A stretch of 64,000 nucleotides of DNA from Eledone cirrhosa (lineage: Eukaryota), in assembly GCA_964016885.1 (NCBI GenBank), contig OZ024742.1:263624001-263688000 (forward strand), in the 5' to 3' direction. Positions 1-12,344 of this stretch are shown one piece after another. A program made the position numbers and the translations under genes. Under the pieces are notes generated by a model. That model was not told where the DNA came from. It saw only the letters and a list, made by a program, of their open reading frames with translations, and made no database searches. Numbering within the stretch: position 1 is the stretch's first letter; every line of letters starts with the position of its first letter.

Positions 1-89
1 ATGTTAAAAAGATGACAAGAAAAACCCTTACATGGCTAATACTTGAAAAAGTTGAATAGAGAGGGAATAGCCAAACAAAACATACACAA

Positions 90-345
90 CTGGCTAGAAA
101 AGGTATCAGAGAATGACAAAGCAACTATTCTCTGGGATATGCCAATACATACAGACAGGGAGATCAAAGCCAACCGAACAGACATAGTCAAAGACTACAA
201 AGAAAAAATAAATGTCTTCTGATTGATGTATCAATCCCAACTGACGACTACATTTCTACCAAGGAATTGGAGAAACTATCCAAATATAAAGATCTAGAGA
301 TAGAAATAACCTGAATGTGGATATTGAAGACAGAAACAATACACA
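90..345 (+). mobile_element. Degenerate R4/Dong-like non-LTR retrotransposon fragment (restriction-like endonuclease domain)
   Basis: Manual translation with frameshift and stop: EKVSENDKATILWDMPIHTDREIKANRTDIV..CLLIDVSIPTDDYISTKELEKLSKYKDLEIEI*MW. This matches the ILWD..TD....NRPD...LIDV...EK..KY..L RLE signature. Confidence 0.75.
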
Positions 346-495
346 GCACACATATTATGAAGAGTACTTTCAATACAATAGAACAAACACCACCAAAAAC
401 CATACTGCACATACCCAAGGCGCACAAAGCTGCGCTCTGTAATGAGTGATAATGTGCAAAATAACAACAAAAACAACAACAATATCTATAATAAT

Positions 496-1172
496 GATTT
501 CTACTATAGGCACAAGGCCAGCAATTAGAGGGAAGGGAAAGGCGATTATATCGACCTCATTGCATTACTGGTACTTTATTTTATCGACTCCGTAAAGATG
601 ACAGGCAAAGTTAACCTCAACGGGATTGTTCAGAACATAAAGGGCATTAACTCTATGCTGCAAAGCATGGTGTCTGACGCTCCTCCAATACTGCCAATTC
701 AAATAATAATAATAATTGTTTCTGTTTTTGGCAGAAGGCCAGCAATTATCCAATGCATTACTGGTGCTTTATTTTATCACCCCGAAAGGCAAAATTAACC
801 TCGGCGGGATTTGAACTCAGAACGTAAAGGGCCATAACACTATACTGCAAATCATGGTGTCTGACGCTCTACCGATACTTCTAATCCAAATAATAATAAT
901 GATTTCTAGTATAGGCACAATGCCAGTAATTTTGGGAGGAGGGGAAAGTTGATTAAATCGACCCCAGTACGTTAATAATAATAATAATAATAATTGTTTC
1001 TACTTTTGACACAAGGCCAGCAATTATCTCAGTGTATTACTGGTACTTTATTTTATCGACCCCATAATGATGAAAGGCAAAGTTAACCTCGGCGGGATTT
1101 GAACTCAGACCATAAAGGCCGTAACTCTTTGCTGCAAATCATGGCGTCCGACCCTCTACCGATACTGCCAGT
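496..1172 (-). mobile_element. Cluster of four tRNA-derived SINE copies (octopus OK-like family) separated by (AAT)n
   Basis: Copies at about 496-700, 715-888, 900-970 and 993-1172. The minus strand shows an A-box-like tggcagtatcggtagag, a B-box-like gagttcaaatccc and the core gcctttcatc..ggggtcgataaaataaagtaccagt. Confidence 0.85.
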
Positions 1173-1173
1173 A

Positions 1174-1174
1174 C

Positions 1175-1225
<51 letters not shown>
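1174..1225. repeat. (AAT)n microsatellite at the 3' junction of the Tx1 element
   Basis: About 17 perfect AAT units directly abutting the LINE 3' end. Confidence 0.95.
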
Positions 1226-1226
<1 letters not shown>

Positions 1227-3185
1227 TTTTCTTTATTAACCACAAGGGTTCACATAAAGTAGACATTAAGGACAGTACAGGACAATACAGGACGGTACAA
1301 ATGGGCATTTCTGCGTGTAGAAAAAACAGAGGTTGAAATAAAATAACAAAGAAAAATTCCCCAATAGGGGGGAGACTTCCAAGGGACATTTGTGGAGAAA
1401 GCCCATTAAAAGACCACAGTGGCCCTGACCACCAGGGCAAGTGCCCTCTCCCAGTTTTCCACCTTTAATTTACAGACACATACTCAGAGAAGGCCCATTC
1501 ATTCGGGCCATACTTGCTTCTCTCACCCATCTTTCAACAAAATGCTGGGAAGAGAGCACTTCCCTCTCTACCCTGATTTTCCTTTTCAAATGAAATTTGA
1601 AAAAGTTAATCAGGGCATCACCGAAGAGGTAAGTGCTCGTCTTCAGCCCTTTCAAACGTGTCCACCATACTATCTCTTTCGCCATGGCCACCAGACAGAT
1701 AAAAACTGCCTGCCCTTCCAGGCTAAAGGAAGCGGGCGGGGCAATCCTCACGATGGACTCAGCTGATAGCCGGATCCGTCCTACACGTGACAGCAGGTGT
1801 TCGACATAAACCCACAAGTCAGCAATGCTCGGACACTGGACGAGTGCGTGCAGGACGGTTTCGTCGCCCTGCGCGCATCTCGGACATGCCCGGCTGACGG
1901 CACCTCCATGCCTGTAGAGTTTATCCCGAACTGGCAAAGCTCCTCGGTAGCACTGCCAGGCCAGGGATTTCTGGAAGTTGTCCATAGGCCCCGGCCCGAA
2001 AGTCCTTCCGAAGAGATTGGCTAGTTGATTTTCGTCGACGCCTAGAGTTTCTCCAAGTACGTCGTCGCTCTTCCCCTCCACTAATCCCCTATAGAACGCC
2101 AAGGTGGAGTTTCCACCGATCACATTGCCCGATTGGTCGAGGGCTGTGAGCGCCTGAAGACATTCCAGTCTCCAAGCGCTCCCTCTCGGTCTTCGCTTGA
2201 CCCAGGACTGCAGCTCCGTCAAGGAGACGAGCTGGGGAAAAACGTGTCTTGCAAACGGCGACCACACCTGATCACCGTCGAGGAAGAGGTGGAGATGTCG
2301 TAGCCTGAGCGCGTGTCTGCGCATCATCAGCCACGGCATGCCCAGCCCTCCACGTAGCGGGTGTTGACAGCAGATGGACCGCCTGACCATCGGAGCGCGT
2401 CCCTTCCACAAGAAGCGAAAGAGCAAACGCTCCAGCGCAGTCAGGCGGGGCTTAGGACAAGGTACGACGGTCAGGCGGTAGTAGATGACGGATGCGATGT
2501 ACGCATTCGCCACCTCCGCTCGACCTTTCAGGGATAGCTTCCTCTCGGCCCATTTCTGGGTGAGAGAAGCCACCCTGCTCGTCACCTCGTCCCAGTTTTT
2601 GTCCGTCTGGAGGTCTGGACCGAACCAGACCCCTAGCAATTTAACCGGTCCGTCCGTCCAGCGCCCGACGACGCTGTTGGACGGCATGGTCCTGCCTCTC
2701 CAGGTGCCGAGCTGCAGGCCCACTGACTTTTCCTGGTTGATCATTGCTCCTGTCACCGCTTCGTATTCTCTTAGTGTAGTGCCGATCGCCTCGATGTGTT
2801 TGGCGTTCGACACCACTACGGTGACATCGTCGGCATATGCTGACACGGATCTTCCGCATCCTAGTTCGCGCGGGACCCCCCTCAACGTCTCCAGTTTGTG
2901 CAGTAATGGCTCGAGAGACAATACGTACAATAGGGACGAGAGGGGACATCCTTGGCGGACCGAGCGCATGATGTTGAACGGTTCCGAAAGGTGACCGTTC
3001 ACTCTCACTACAGAGCAGATGTCGCTGTGCATGGCAGCGATACAGCCTCTGAAGACGGGCCCAAAGCCAGCCGCCCTCAGGACTGCCGCTAGGTAACGAT
3101 GGTCGACCCTATCGAAGGCTTTCGACTGATCTAAATTGATCAAAGACCCACCCGTGCCAGGTTCCCTAGCTACCCTCTCTACGAT
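1226..3185 (-). mobile_element. 5'-truncated L1/Tx1-clade LINE copy
   Basis: Near-identical to 3207-5165 at an offset of about 1980 bp. The 3' end reads AATAAAGAAAAC followed by (ATT)n. Truncated within the RT domain. Confidence 0.95.
1470..3185 (-). CDS. Partial Tx1 ORF2: RT C-terminal half plus zinc finger, open to the stop codon
   Basis: LDQSKAFDRVDH, RQGCPLS, YADD, and CPRC..ETVLHALVQC. The N-terminal MVNKENIIII in the ORF track is read-through from flanking sequence. Confidence 0.9.
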   Translation of the reverse strand: MVERVAREPGTGGSLINLDQSKAFDRVDHRYLAAVLRAAGFGPVFRGCIAAMHSDICSVVRVNGHLSEPFNIMRSVRQGCPLSSLLYVLSLEPLLHKLETLRGVPRELGCGRSVSAYADDVTVVVSNAKHIEAIGTTLREYEAVTGAMINQEKSVGLQLGTWRGRTMPSNSVVGRWTDGPVKLLGVWFGPDLQTDKNWDEVTSRVASLTQKWAERKLSLKGRAEVANAYIASVIYYRLTVVPCPKPRLTALERLLFRFLWKGRAPMVRRSICCQHPLRGGLGMPWLMMRRHALRLRHLHLFLDGDQVWSPFARHVFPQLVSLTELQSWVKRRPRGSAWRLECLQALTALDQSGNVIGGNSTLAFYRGLVEGKSDDVLGETLGVDENQLANLFGRTFGPGPMDNFQKSLAWQCYRGALPVRDKLYRHGGAVSRACPRCAQGDETVLHALVQCPSIADLWVYVEHLLSRVGRIRLSAESIVRIAPPASFSLEGQAVFICLVAMAKEIVWWTRLKGLKTSTYLFGDALINFFKFHLKRKIRVEREVLSSQHFVERWVREASMARMNGPSLSMCL

Positions 3186-3449
3186 ATATATAATAATAAT
3201 AATAATGTTTTCTTTATTAACCACAAGGGTTTACATAAAGTAGACATTAAGGACAGTACAGGACAATACAGGACGGTACAAATAGGCATTTCTGCGTGTA
3301 AAAAAACAGAGGTTGAAATAAAATAACAAAGAAAAATTCCCCAATAGTGGGGAGACTTCCGAGGGACATCTGTGGAGAAAGCCCATTAAAAGACCACAGT
3401 GGCCCTGACCACCAGGGCAAGTGCCCTCTCCCAGTTTTCCACCTTTAAT

Positions 3450-6400
3450 TTACAGACACATACTCAGAGAAGGCCCATTCATTCGGGCCATACTTGCTTC
3501 TCTCACCCATCTTTCAACAAAATGCTGGGAAGAGAGCACTTCCCTCTCTACCCTGATTTTCCTTTTCAAATGAAATTTGAAAAAGTTAATCAGGGCATCA
3601 CCGAAGAGGTAAGTGCTCGTCTTCAGCCCTTTCAAACGTGTCCACCATACTATCTCTTTCGCCATGGCCACCAGACAGATAAAAACTGCCTGCCCTTCCC
3701 GGCTAAAGGAAGGGGGCGGGGCAATCCTCACGATGGACTCAGCTGATAGCTGGATCCGTCCCACACGTGACAGCAGGTGTTCGACATAAACCCACAAGTC
3801 AGCAATGCTCGGACACTGGACGAGTTCGTGCAGGACGGTTTCGTCGCCCTGCGCGCATCTCGGACATGCCCGGCTGACGGCACCTCCATGCCTGTAGAGT
3901 TTATCCCGAACTGGCAAAGCTCCTCGGTAGCACTGCCAGGCCAGGGATTTCTGGAAGTTGTCCATAGGCCCCGGCCCGAAAGTCCTTCTGAATAGATTGG
4001 CTAGTTGATTTTCGTCGACGCCTAGAGTTTCTCCAAGTACGTCGTCGCTCTTCCCTTCCACTAATCCCCTATAGAACGCCAAGGTGGAGTTTCCACCGAT
4101 CACATTGCCCGATTGGTCGAGGGCTGTGAGCGCCTGAAGACATTCCAGTCTCCAAGTGCTCTCTCTCGGTCTTCACTTGACCCAGGACTGCAGCTCCGTC
4201 AAGGAGACGAGCTGGGGAAAAACGTGTCTAGCAAACGGCGACCACACCTGATCACCGTCGAGGAAGAGGTGGAGATGTCGTAGCATGAGCGCGTGTCTGC
4301 GCATCATCAGCCACGGCATGCCCAGCCCTCCACGTAGCGGGTGTTGACAGCAGATGGACCGCCTGACCATCGGAGCGCGTCTCTTCCACAAGAAGCGAAA
4401 GAGCAAACGCTCCAGCGCAGTCAGGCGGGGCTTAGGACAAGGTACGACGGTCAGGCGGTAGTAGATGACGGACGCGATGTACGCGTTAGCCACCTCCGCT
4501 CGACCTTTCAGGGATAGCTTACTCTCGGCCCATTTCTGGGTGAGAGAAGCCACCCTGCTCGTCACCTCGTCCCAGTTTTTGTCCGTCTGGAGGTCTGGAC
4601 CGAACCAGACCCCTAGCAATTTAACCGGTCCGTCCGTCCAGCGCCCGACGACGCTGTTGGACGGCATGGTCCTGCCTCTCCAGGTGCCGAGCTGCAGGCC
4701 CACTGACTTTTCCTGGTTGATCATTGCTCCTGTCACCGCTTCGTATTCTCTTAGTGTAGTGCCGATCGCCTCGATGTGTTTGGCGTTCGACACCACTACG
4801 GTGACATCGTCGGCATATACTGACACGGATCTTCCGCATCCTAGTTCGCGCGGGACCCCCCTCAACGTCTCCAGTTTGTGCAGTAATGGCTCGAGAGTCA
4901 ATACGTACAATAGGGACGAGAGGGGACATCCTTGGCGGACCGAGCGCATGATGTTGAACGGTTCCGAAAGGTGACCGTTCACTCTCACTACAGAGCAGAT
5001 GTCGCTGTGCATGGCAGCGATACAGCCTCTGAAGACGGGCCCAAAGCCAGCCGCCCTCAGGACTGCCGCTAGGTAACGATGGTCGACCCTATCGAAGGCT
5101 TTCGACTGATCTAAATTGATCAAAGACCCACCCGTGCTAGGTTCCCTAGCTACCCTCTCTACGATGTATCGTATGAGGTGGAGGTTGTCGTGGATGGATC
5201 TGTCGGGAATGGGGCATGTCTGTGCCTCTCCCACCAGACCACCAACGACAAGCGCCAACCTCTTTGCTAGCACCTTGGCCAAAATCTTGAACTCTGTGTT
5301 TAGCAGAGTTATGGGCCTAAAATTATCTATGTTATCCCCCTTGTTCGGATCCTTTCTCAGCAGCGCCACCGCTCCTCGGCTCACAGAGTAGGGAATTCTC
5401 CCGTTCTGTTGCCAGTTGCAGTAGACGTCCGCCAAGAGGCCTCCGAACAAGTCTGGCATTTGTACGTAAAGTTCATAGGGCAGACCATCTAAACCAGGCG
5501 ATTTACCCCTTGTGCAGCCAGTCATTGCCTCCTGTACTTCAGCGGTTGTTATCGGCTTTTCGCAACACTCCGCCTCAGTGGCCGAAAGCCGCGGCAGTCC
5601 GTCGTGGTAGACACTAAAGTCCATCCCTCGATCCGGCCCGCCACTGCCCCCGAACAGTTGAGCGAAGTGTCGCTGAAAAGCTTCACACATTTGCCCGGGA
5701 TCGAGTAGCATGCGCCCGTCGTGGTCCACCAAAGACCGGATCGTGGCTTCATCGCCACGACGCGCCTCCGCCACTCGGGCCCATTGAACGGCTTTCGTCC
5801 CCTCGTGTCTGAGAGCACGCACCCTAGCTCTGACAACGCAGCCTTCGTGCTTTGCATTGAAGAATTGGTCAAGGGCCAATTTCGCCGCAAGTACGTCGGT
5901 CACGATGCCTTTGCTAAGCGCCTCGTCTAATTTTCTAATTCTCCCTCTGCTCTATTTTTCTCTATTGCTAAAGCCTTACTAAACCTAATGGACTCTATTC
6001 TAATCGCTCTTTTCAGAGCAAACCACCACTTGTTGTTGACGATGGCCCCCGTCAACGCCCGCTTAACTAGTGCGCTAATCCGGTCTCTGTAGGCCTTGCG
6101 CGCTGGTAAGGACGCGTTTAGCTTCCAGTAGCCGGGTCCTCGTCTATGAAGCCTATCTACGTCAAGCACACAGATCACGAATTTGTGGTCCGTGTAGCTG
6201 ACTATCTTGAATTGTGGACAGCCTATGCTAGACCTATCTATTTCCCTACAAAATACTCTATCTAGATATGATCTGGATGACCCTATGCGATTTGTCCAAG
6301 TCCACATTGGTACATTCGGGAAATCCAAACGGTACCTGTTAGACAGTTCACAACGCCTGAGCAGGTTGGTGAGGCTCTTGCACCCTCCTCCCCTATCCGC

Positions 6401-6864
6401 TAATCCCACACAGTCCCAGCGTGCATCTAAGACCCCGTTCCAGTCGCCCATTAACACTAAAGAGCGGGACGTTCCAAGAAAGGTCTCCAGACGCCGGAAG
6501 AACTCAGGCCGCCCTGCTCCTGTCGGGGCATAGACGGTCACTAGGCTGAAAGCTTGCCCGTCTCCGCTGGTCACGTCTAGCACCACCAACTTACCTTCTG
6601 GGTCCAGGAAGATGGCCCATATGGCGAGATCCAAACCTCTCCAAAAAAGCACAGCAACTCCTCCCCTGATCCCGGACGGCTGGGAGATGCGTACACATCG
6701 TAGCCGCCGAAGATTGGTGCGAAGGCCCGTGCCTCGGAGATTCTGGTCTCACTGATGGCCACTACATCTATGTTTAGTGACCTGAGGTCGTTGAGCAGGT
6801 GGCCCTGCTTCCATGACGACCCCAAGCCACGCGCATTTATGCTGCCTATTCTGAGTGAGGTCAT
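3450..6864 (-). pseudogene. Tx1 ORF2 (APE endonuclease, reverse transcriptase, zinc finger), disrupted
   Basis: APE motifs SINARGL, AISET, GDWN, SYLDRVF, YTDHK; RT motifs KSPGLDGLP, FRPITLLN, YADD; CPRC..H...C. Frameshifts near 6650 and 5920 and a CGA>TGA stop at 4173. Confidence 0.93.
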
Positions 6865-6898
6865 GTTGAAATGGAGTGGAAAAGATGGGAAAGACCAC

Positions 6899-8625
6899 TT
6901 ACCTTACTTCTCGTAGAGGAAGGATGGTTTGTCCACCCTTTTCACCGCTGGTGGCCTCCTCCGGAAGGATGTCCTTATAAATCCTCCAGGAGAGTGTTTG
7001 TCGGAAGTCTCCGATGTCTTTGGGGAATTTTTGTTTTAGTGTCGTGTACGTTTTCTGTGTGATGCGAGTGATTTGTATGTGTGGAGGTGGTGTGAACTTT
7101 TGGGTTGTTGTGTAGTCTTTTTCTGTGATGCTGGTGTTGTGTTGCATGTAGTGTAATAATTGGTTGTTGTTCAAATTTAATGCTGTGTAGTGTGTATCGT
7201 TTTGGTTGTTTTGTTTTGTTTGCGTTTGTTGTGGGTTTGTTTCTGTTACGCTTTTTGGTGACTTTTGTGGTGTTGGTGATGGTGGTGTTGGGGTTAATGA
7301 TGGTGATGGAGTTGGTGTTTGTGGTGATGGGGTTGGTGATGCTGGTGTGGATGGTGGCATATCTGTCCTAACTTTTTTGTTTGATAATTTATTTGTTTCC
7401 CTCTGTATTTTGTTTTTGGAGGAGGAAGGAAGAGAATTTTTTCTTTTTTGGTTTCTTTTTTTCTTTTTTCCTGATACCGTTTCCCACTCCTTGTCGTCAA
7501 AATCTGTCTCCAGTTGCGATAAGCCGGGGAGTGGAAAATCCTCCACAAGCGTTGGTTTTGGTTGTGGCGTGGTGGATGGTGTAGGCGCTGATGCTAGTTC
7601 TGAAGCGTTGGGTGGTGGTGGTGTTGGTTTTGCTGCTGGTGGTGGTGTTGGTTTTGCTGGTGGTGGTGGTGTTGGTTTTGCTACTGTTGCTGGGGTTGTT
7701 GCTGCTACAGTTGTTGCTGCCATTTCTGCTGCTGGTGGTGTTGATGCTTGAGTCACTGGGGTGGGTAAGAGAGGTGGCCTCAACCTTTTAGCCTGAGGGC
7801 AGAAAGCCCTTAGATGGGTTCCTTCACCACAAACGACACACCTAGGTCTTCTGCCCTCGACGATTACGGTGAGGTGGCTGTCGTCAGTGAGGTCTATTAC
7901 CTCTGGGATCTCCCCAATGTTTTTATGGTCCGCTTGGATCAGGAGCTCCATCCCAGATCCGGACCAGTTCTCCTGCTTTTCTTTCGCTATTTCAATTATT
8001 TTGGTGTTGGTCTCGATGCCGGCGAGGACGGCAGCCATTAGCCAGGGAATTTCGATGGCCGGTGGAACGTGGGTCACCCTGATCTTCACAAGTCTCTGGC
8101 CACAATAGCTTGGGACGAGTGTGAAGTCGTCACTTCTTAGGTGAGGCTGACCTTGTACCCATCTTTCTTTACCATTCCTTTGGCTTCTTCTAATTCCTCC
8201 TAAGTTACCTGGATCGCTTTGCACGTTTTTGCTACTCTGATAAAACTTAGGGTAGTTTTCTTAATTTTATTGTTGCTGTTGTTGTTATCGTTAATTTTGC
8301 TATTGTTAATTTTAGCTTTAGTTGTGGTGGTGGTGGCGTCAGTGGTGTTCGGTGTGGAAGAGTTCATTTTGGTTGAATTCATTTCGATATCACGAGTTAA
8401 TTTATTTTTTTCTTTTGTTTCTGTTATCGCGGTGGTGATGGTGGTGGCGGCGGCTTTAACACCTGCAGTCATTGGTAATGGCAGGAAATGAGAGTCTGCC
8501 TGAGACAAATTTAAAATATTGCTACTGCTTACATTTCCAGTGTTGGCAAACGTAGCAATATTTACAATGGTGGTGTCGGTGTGAGGTGTTAGATTGTGAG
8601 GAAGGAGTGACTCTGAGTCAGCCAT
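6899..8625 (-). pseudogene. Tx1 ORF1 (gag-like nucleic-acid-binding protein), split by one frameshift near 8200-8224
   Basis: ORFs 8200-8625 and 6899-8224. CCHC knuckle CVVCGEGTHLRAFC preceded by VEGRRPR, then a Pro/Thr-rich and basic C-terminal region. Confidence 0.85.
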
Positions 8626-9666
8626 AATTTTTCAAAGAAAAATTTTTGTTTGATAATTATAAAAAGTTTAAATTTTGGGCTCAAGGCACCAATAATTTTG
8701 AGTGTCCTTTTCAGAAATCAATGTATGTGCACTTATATACAGTTAACAATAAAAATTTTCCATAAATGGCAATTTTAAACAACTGAAAATAACAAACCTT
8801 TGCGGAGCTCACGATGATACGATTTACTACGTAGGTCGCCAATAATAATAATAATAATGATAAGAATAATAATAAGAAATAGTTATATTATAACACAGTG
8901 CATAAAATCTAAGGAAATTTTATGCTTAGTATAATTACAGTATAAGCCCCACACTGATTTTAGCAAATGTTAAACATTTTTTTCTGTCCACATAGGAAGC
9001 TACAAAGAAACGCTATTTATATCAAACACAAACCTCAACGATACTTCATCTCAGAGTGCAAATCATTTTGTCCTATACTCTAATGTTTCTGCCAATTCGC
9101 CGCCTCTATTACTGCATTATAGAGTTAGGTATTCGTGTTTTATTATACAGTGTGTAATTTACACATTCTGATATTAAATAGTCTATATAGTATTACACAC
9201 TGCTGTCTCTTATACACTTTGAATTACTCACTATATTATTATTTTCATTATAAGTCCATGTAGCTATTATAAAGACCCAGTTCACCATACGAACAAAGTA
9301 TTTCAACCGCAACTATTCGTATTTTTAGGAGCTTCTTGGACTAAATTATAGAAAGTTTTAAGTCGGAAAAGTGTGATGTGAGGAAGATTTGATTGTTATC
9401 TCCAGTAGATCGAGTGACCAAATAGGATCTTTTGATGGCTCGTATTATGTAGTTTTACATAGTGTAATATAGCATAATATGTTATTATTACAGAATACAA
9501 TATTTACATTGCCATATTATAGAGCGGGATGTTTCCAATATCACATGAAATTATATTACACATTGTGATATCGTATCGTGTAGTATTTTCTAAGTTTATT
9601 ACTAATTCATCTTGATATTATCCAATTTACTTATTATCTAGTGTATTTAATATTTCACATTCATGA

Positions 9667-9880
9667 GGGTCGACAATTGGAAGATTGGTAGAGCGTCAGA
9701 AACAATGCCATTGTGGTATTCGTTCTGGCTCTTTACATTCTGAGTACAAATCCCACCGAGGTCAACTTTGCCTTTCATCTGGGGTTGATAAAATAAAATG
9801 CCAGTCAATTAATGATATTGATTTAGTTGACTTTCCCCTGCCGCCAAATTTTCTGGCCTTATGCTTAAATTAGACATCAA
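9667..9880 (+). mobile_element. tRNA-derived SINE (OK-like)
   Basis: Same head and core as the 496-1172 copies. Confidence 0.8.
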
Positions 9881-10445
9881 TATTTCATATCAAGCGTATT
9901 ACACAGTTGGGACATGATATTAGAGTTGACTCATGACAATGTCACTCTAGAAAATTGGGGAAGAAAAAAAAAACAACTAAGACAACGTATTTCGGTAACG
10001 ATTGAAAGTAATTGGCACAACGCCGAAAAAGCTGAAAATATTCGCCTAGTCATACTTTTGACTTACGAAAGAACTATATGATGAATGTCGTAAAACCTTC
10101 CTATTTATACCCTTGTATTATACCCTGCATTATTCTTTATAGCCAATGATCCGGAAAACAAGGTTATCTGACTCTGAAACGTTCGTTTCCTCGCACGTAC
10201 TTCTGTGTATTTTTTTCCGTCTCCAGAGTATTTCTATCCGATTTTCTAGATTATTATTTATAATGATCGATTATGACTATGATCACTTCTGCTGTGGGAC
10301 GGTTACATTTCAAATTTCAAATATTACAAGGTTGACTATGTTAGTATAACTGATTCAAAAATGTATGGATATATTACAAGAATAAAGATACAAATATGGC
10401 TACATCAAATCTGAATCCCTCTTTTCCATTATATAATCATAAGAA

Positions 10446-10662
10446 GGGCGGTGAATTGGCAATATCAGTAGGGTGTTGGAGAACATGGTTTGCAACATAG
10501 AGTTATGGCTCTTTATGTTCTGAGTTTAAATCCTACCGAGGTAAGCTTTGCCTTTCATCCTTACGGGATCGAGAAAATAAGTCACCAGTAATACACTATG
10601 CTCGATTTAATCGACTTCCCCCTCTCCCCAAATTGTTGTCCTTGTGCCTAAATCAGAAACTA
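10446..10662 (+). mobile_element. tRNA-derived SINE (OK-like)
   Basis: gggcggtgaattggcaatatc..gagtttaaatcc..gcctttcatccttacggg. Confidence 0.85.
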
Positions 10663-10914
10663 TCATATAATCATAAGATCTTTCTCGTCAAATATCCCAA
10701 AACTTAATGAATGAGAACTAAAAAGAATTTTCACCGCATATATGGTCAGTATTTAACACTGCTAATTATTATATTTATATATGTGGTCAGAAATAGAATG
10801 TCTTTTATATTTCTTTTATAATCCCTAATATTTGTAAAATATTAGGTTGCTGTTTATCTATAGATAAAAATATAAACGAAAAAAAGGGGAAAATTGAAGT
10901 GGGTGTGAGTGATA

Positions 10915-10917
10915 TGT

Positions 10918-10948
<31 letters not shown>

Positions 10949-11150
10949 ACACATATATATATATAACACACACACATATATATATATAGAGAGGGAGAGA
11001 GAAAGAAAGATAGAGAGAGAAAGATATATATATATATATATAGAGAGAGAGTGAGTGAGTGAGAGAGGGAGTAAATGAGAGTGAGAGAGAGAATGAATAG
11101 GAGAGAGTGATTGAGAGAGAGAGAGAGAGAGAAGGAGAGAGAGAGAGAGG
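10915..11150. repeat. Compound (CA)n/(TA)n/(GA)n microsatellite
   Basis: Direct inspection. Confidence 0.95.
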
Positions 11151-11336
11151 AGGCTGGGAAGATTAAAGAGATTAAAAATTTTGAAGGAGAATTTTATTTT
11201 AGAACGAAACAAACAAAAAAAAGCAATGTTCTATTTTGTCAGATATTTTACAACAGATATTTTATTCCCTCTCATCCTAACTCCATTAGAACCTTTATGC
11301 TTTCTACGCAGCATTTCATTAATTTGTTCTTTTAAT

Positions 11337-11478
11337 AATTCTACTTTAGGCACAAGGCCAGCAATTTGAAGGGAAGAGGAAAGTCGATTAAATCGGCCTC
11401 AGTGCATTACTGGTGCTTTATTTTATCGACCCCTTAAGGATGGAAGGAAAAATTGACCTCGGAGGGATTGAACTCAGT
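11337..11478 (-). mobile_element. Partial OK-like SINE
   Basis: 3' half plus B-box, abutting a (TAG)n tract. Confidence 0.75.
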
Positions 11479-11482
11479 TGCC

Positions 11483-11615
11483 AGTAGTAGTAGGTAATAA
11501 TAGTAGTAGTGGTACTATTAGTGGTAGTAATAGTAGTGATGGTGGTGGTGGTAGTAGAAGTAGTAGTAGTAGTAGTAGTAGTAATAGTAGTAGTAGTAGT
11601 AGTTGTAGTAGTAAC
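11483..11615. repeat. (TAG/TGG)n trinucleotide repeat
   Basis: Direct inspection. Confidence 0.95.
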
Positions 11616-11619
11616 AACA

Positions 11620-11980
11620 ATACTTCCTTTATTTGTAACTAAAGGGCCATTCTTATATACAATAAAGATGGACAAAACCAAGTTACATAAAAAGGAGTAG
11701 ATGTTATGTAAAAATAATATAATAAAAAGGGCATAATAAAAAAAAAGACAGACAGGCTAATCTACTCAACCACGAGGGAGAACTCACCAGCTAAGTTGGG
11801 CTAGAAAACTTCATGACGCTGGTCTCCTGTAACATCTTGTAATTTGTAAACCCGAAGGTGCCTGCGAGCTGCCTTGGTGTCAGCCTGAGCAAGATCTTCC
11901 ACATCTTCAGGAATTTGCACATTGGTCGTTCATAGACTATGAGTGTGGTATTCTCTAGCAGTCTATCATTTGGGTTTATC
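11620..11980 (-). mobile_element. Probable 3' end of a divergent Tx1-like LINE
   Basis: The minus-strand terminus ccctttagttacAAATAAAGGAAG followed by (TAC)n resembles the Tx1 termini cccttgtggttAATAAAGAAA. The remnant peptide KFLKMW may correspond to HFVERW. Confidence 0.4.
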
Positions 11981-12344
11981 AATCTATCATTTTATTCCCT
12001 ACAATCGGAGTCCATCTTCCCAATCGATACCTGACAACCCCCCCCCCCCCCCTGTCTTTTCATTCGTTTAAGAATTCTATCATGTTTATCGTTTGTCGTG
12101 CGAAGAACTGTGACCTACAGCGTGAGGTTGGGGAGATGGATTTCGCGTCATAGATTTTGCTTGCCTTCTTTTTGCCCACCTGATATTTCTCACATTAAAA
12201 TGTGATAAGCTCCAAAATACTATTTGGGTTCTACATGATATAAGCTATCCCATGTCCTCTAGATAGGTTACTGTTAGATACTTGTATCAGTTTCGCTCAA
12301 AAAACATTGTTGAACCTAAGGTTACAGTATATGTGTGTGTGTAT

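Larger units (their letters stand above)
3207..8840 (-). mobile_element. Near full-length (about 5.6 kb) L1/Tx1-clade LINE
   Basis: 5'UTR 8840-8626, ORF1, a short spacer, ORF2 and a 3'UTR with AATAAA. Flanked on both sides by (AAT)n (3192-3206 and 8841-8858). Confidence 0.95.

Noticed and set aside
1419-8491. Plus-strand and alternative-frame ORFs overlapping the Tx1 elements
   Set aside because: Shadow ORFs of GC-rich LINE coding sequence with no recognisable domains.
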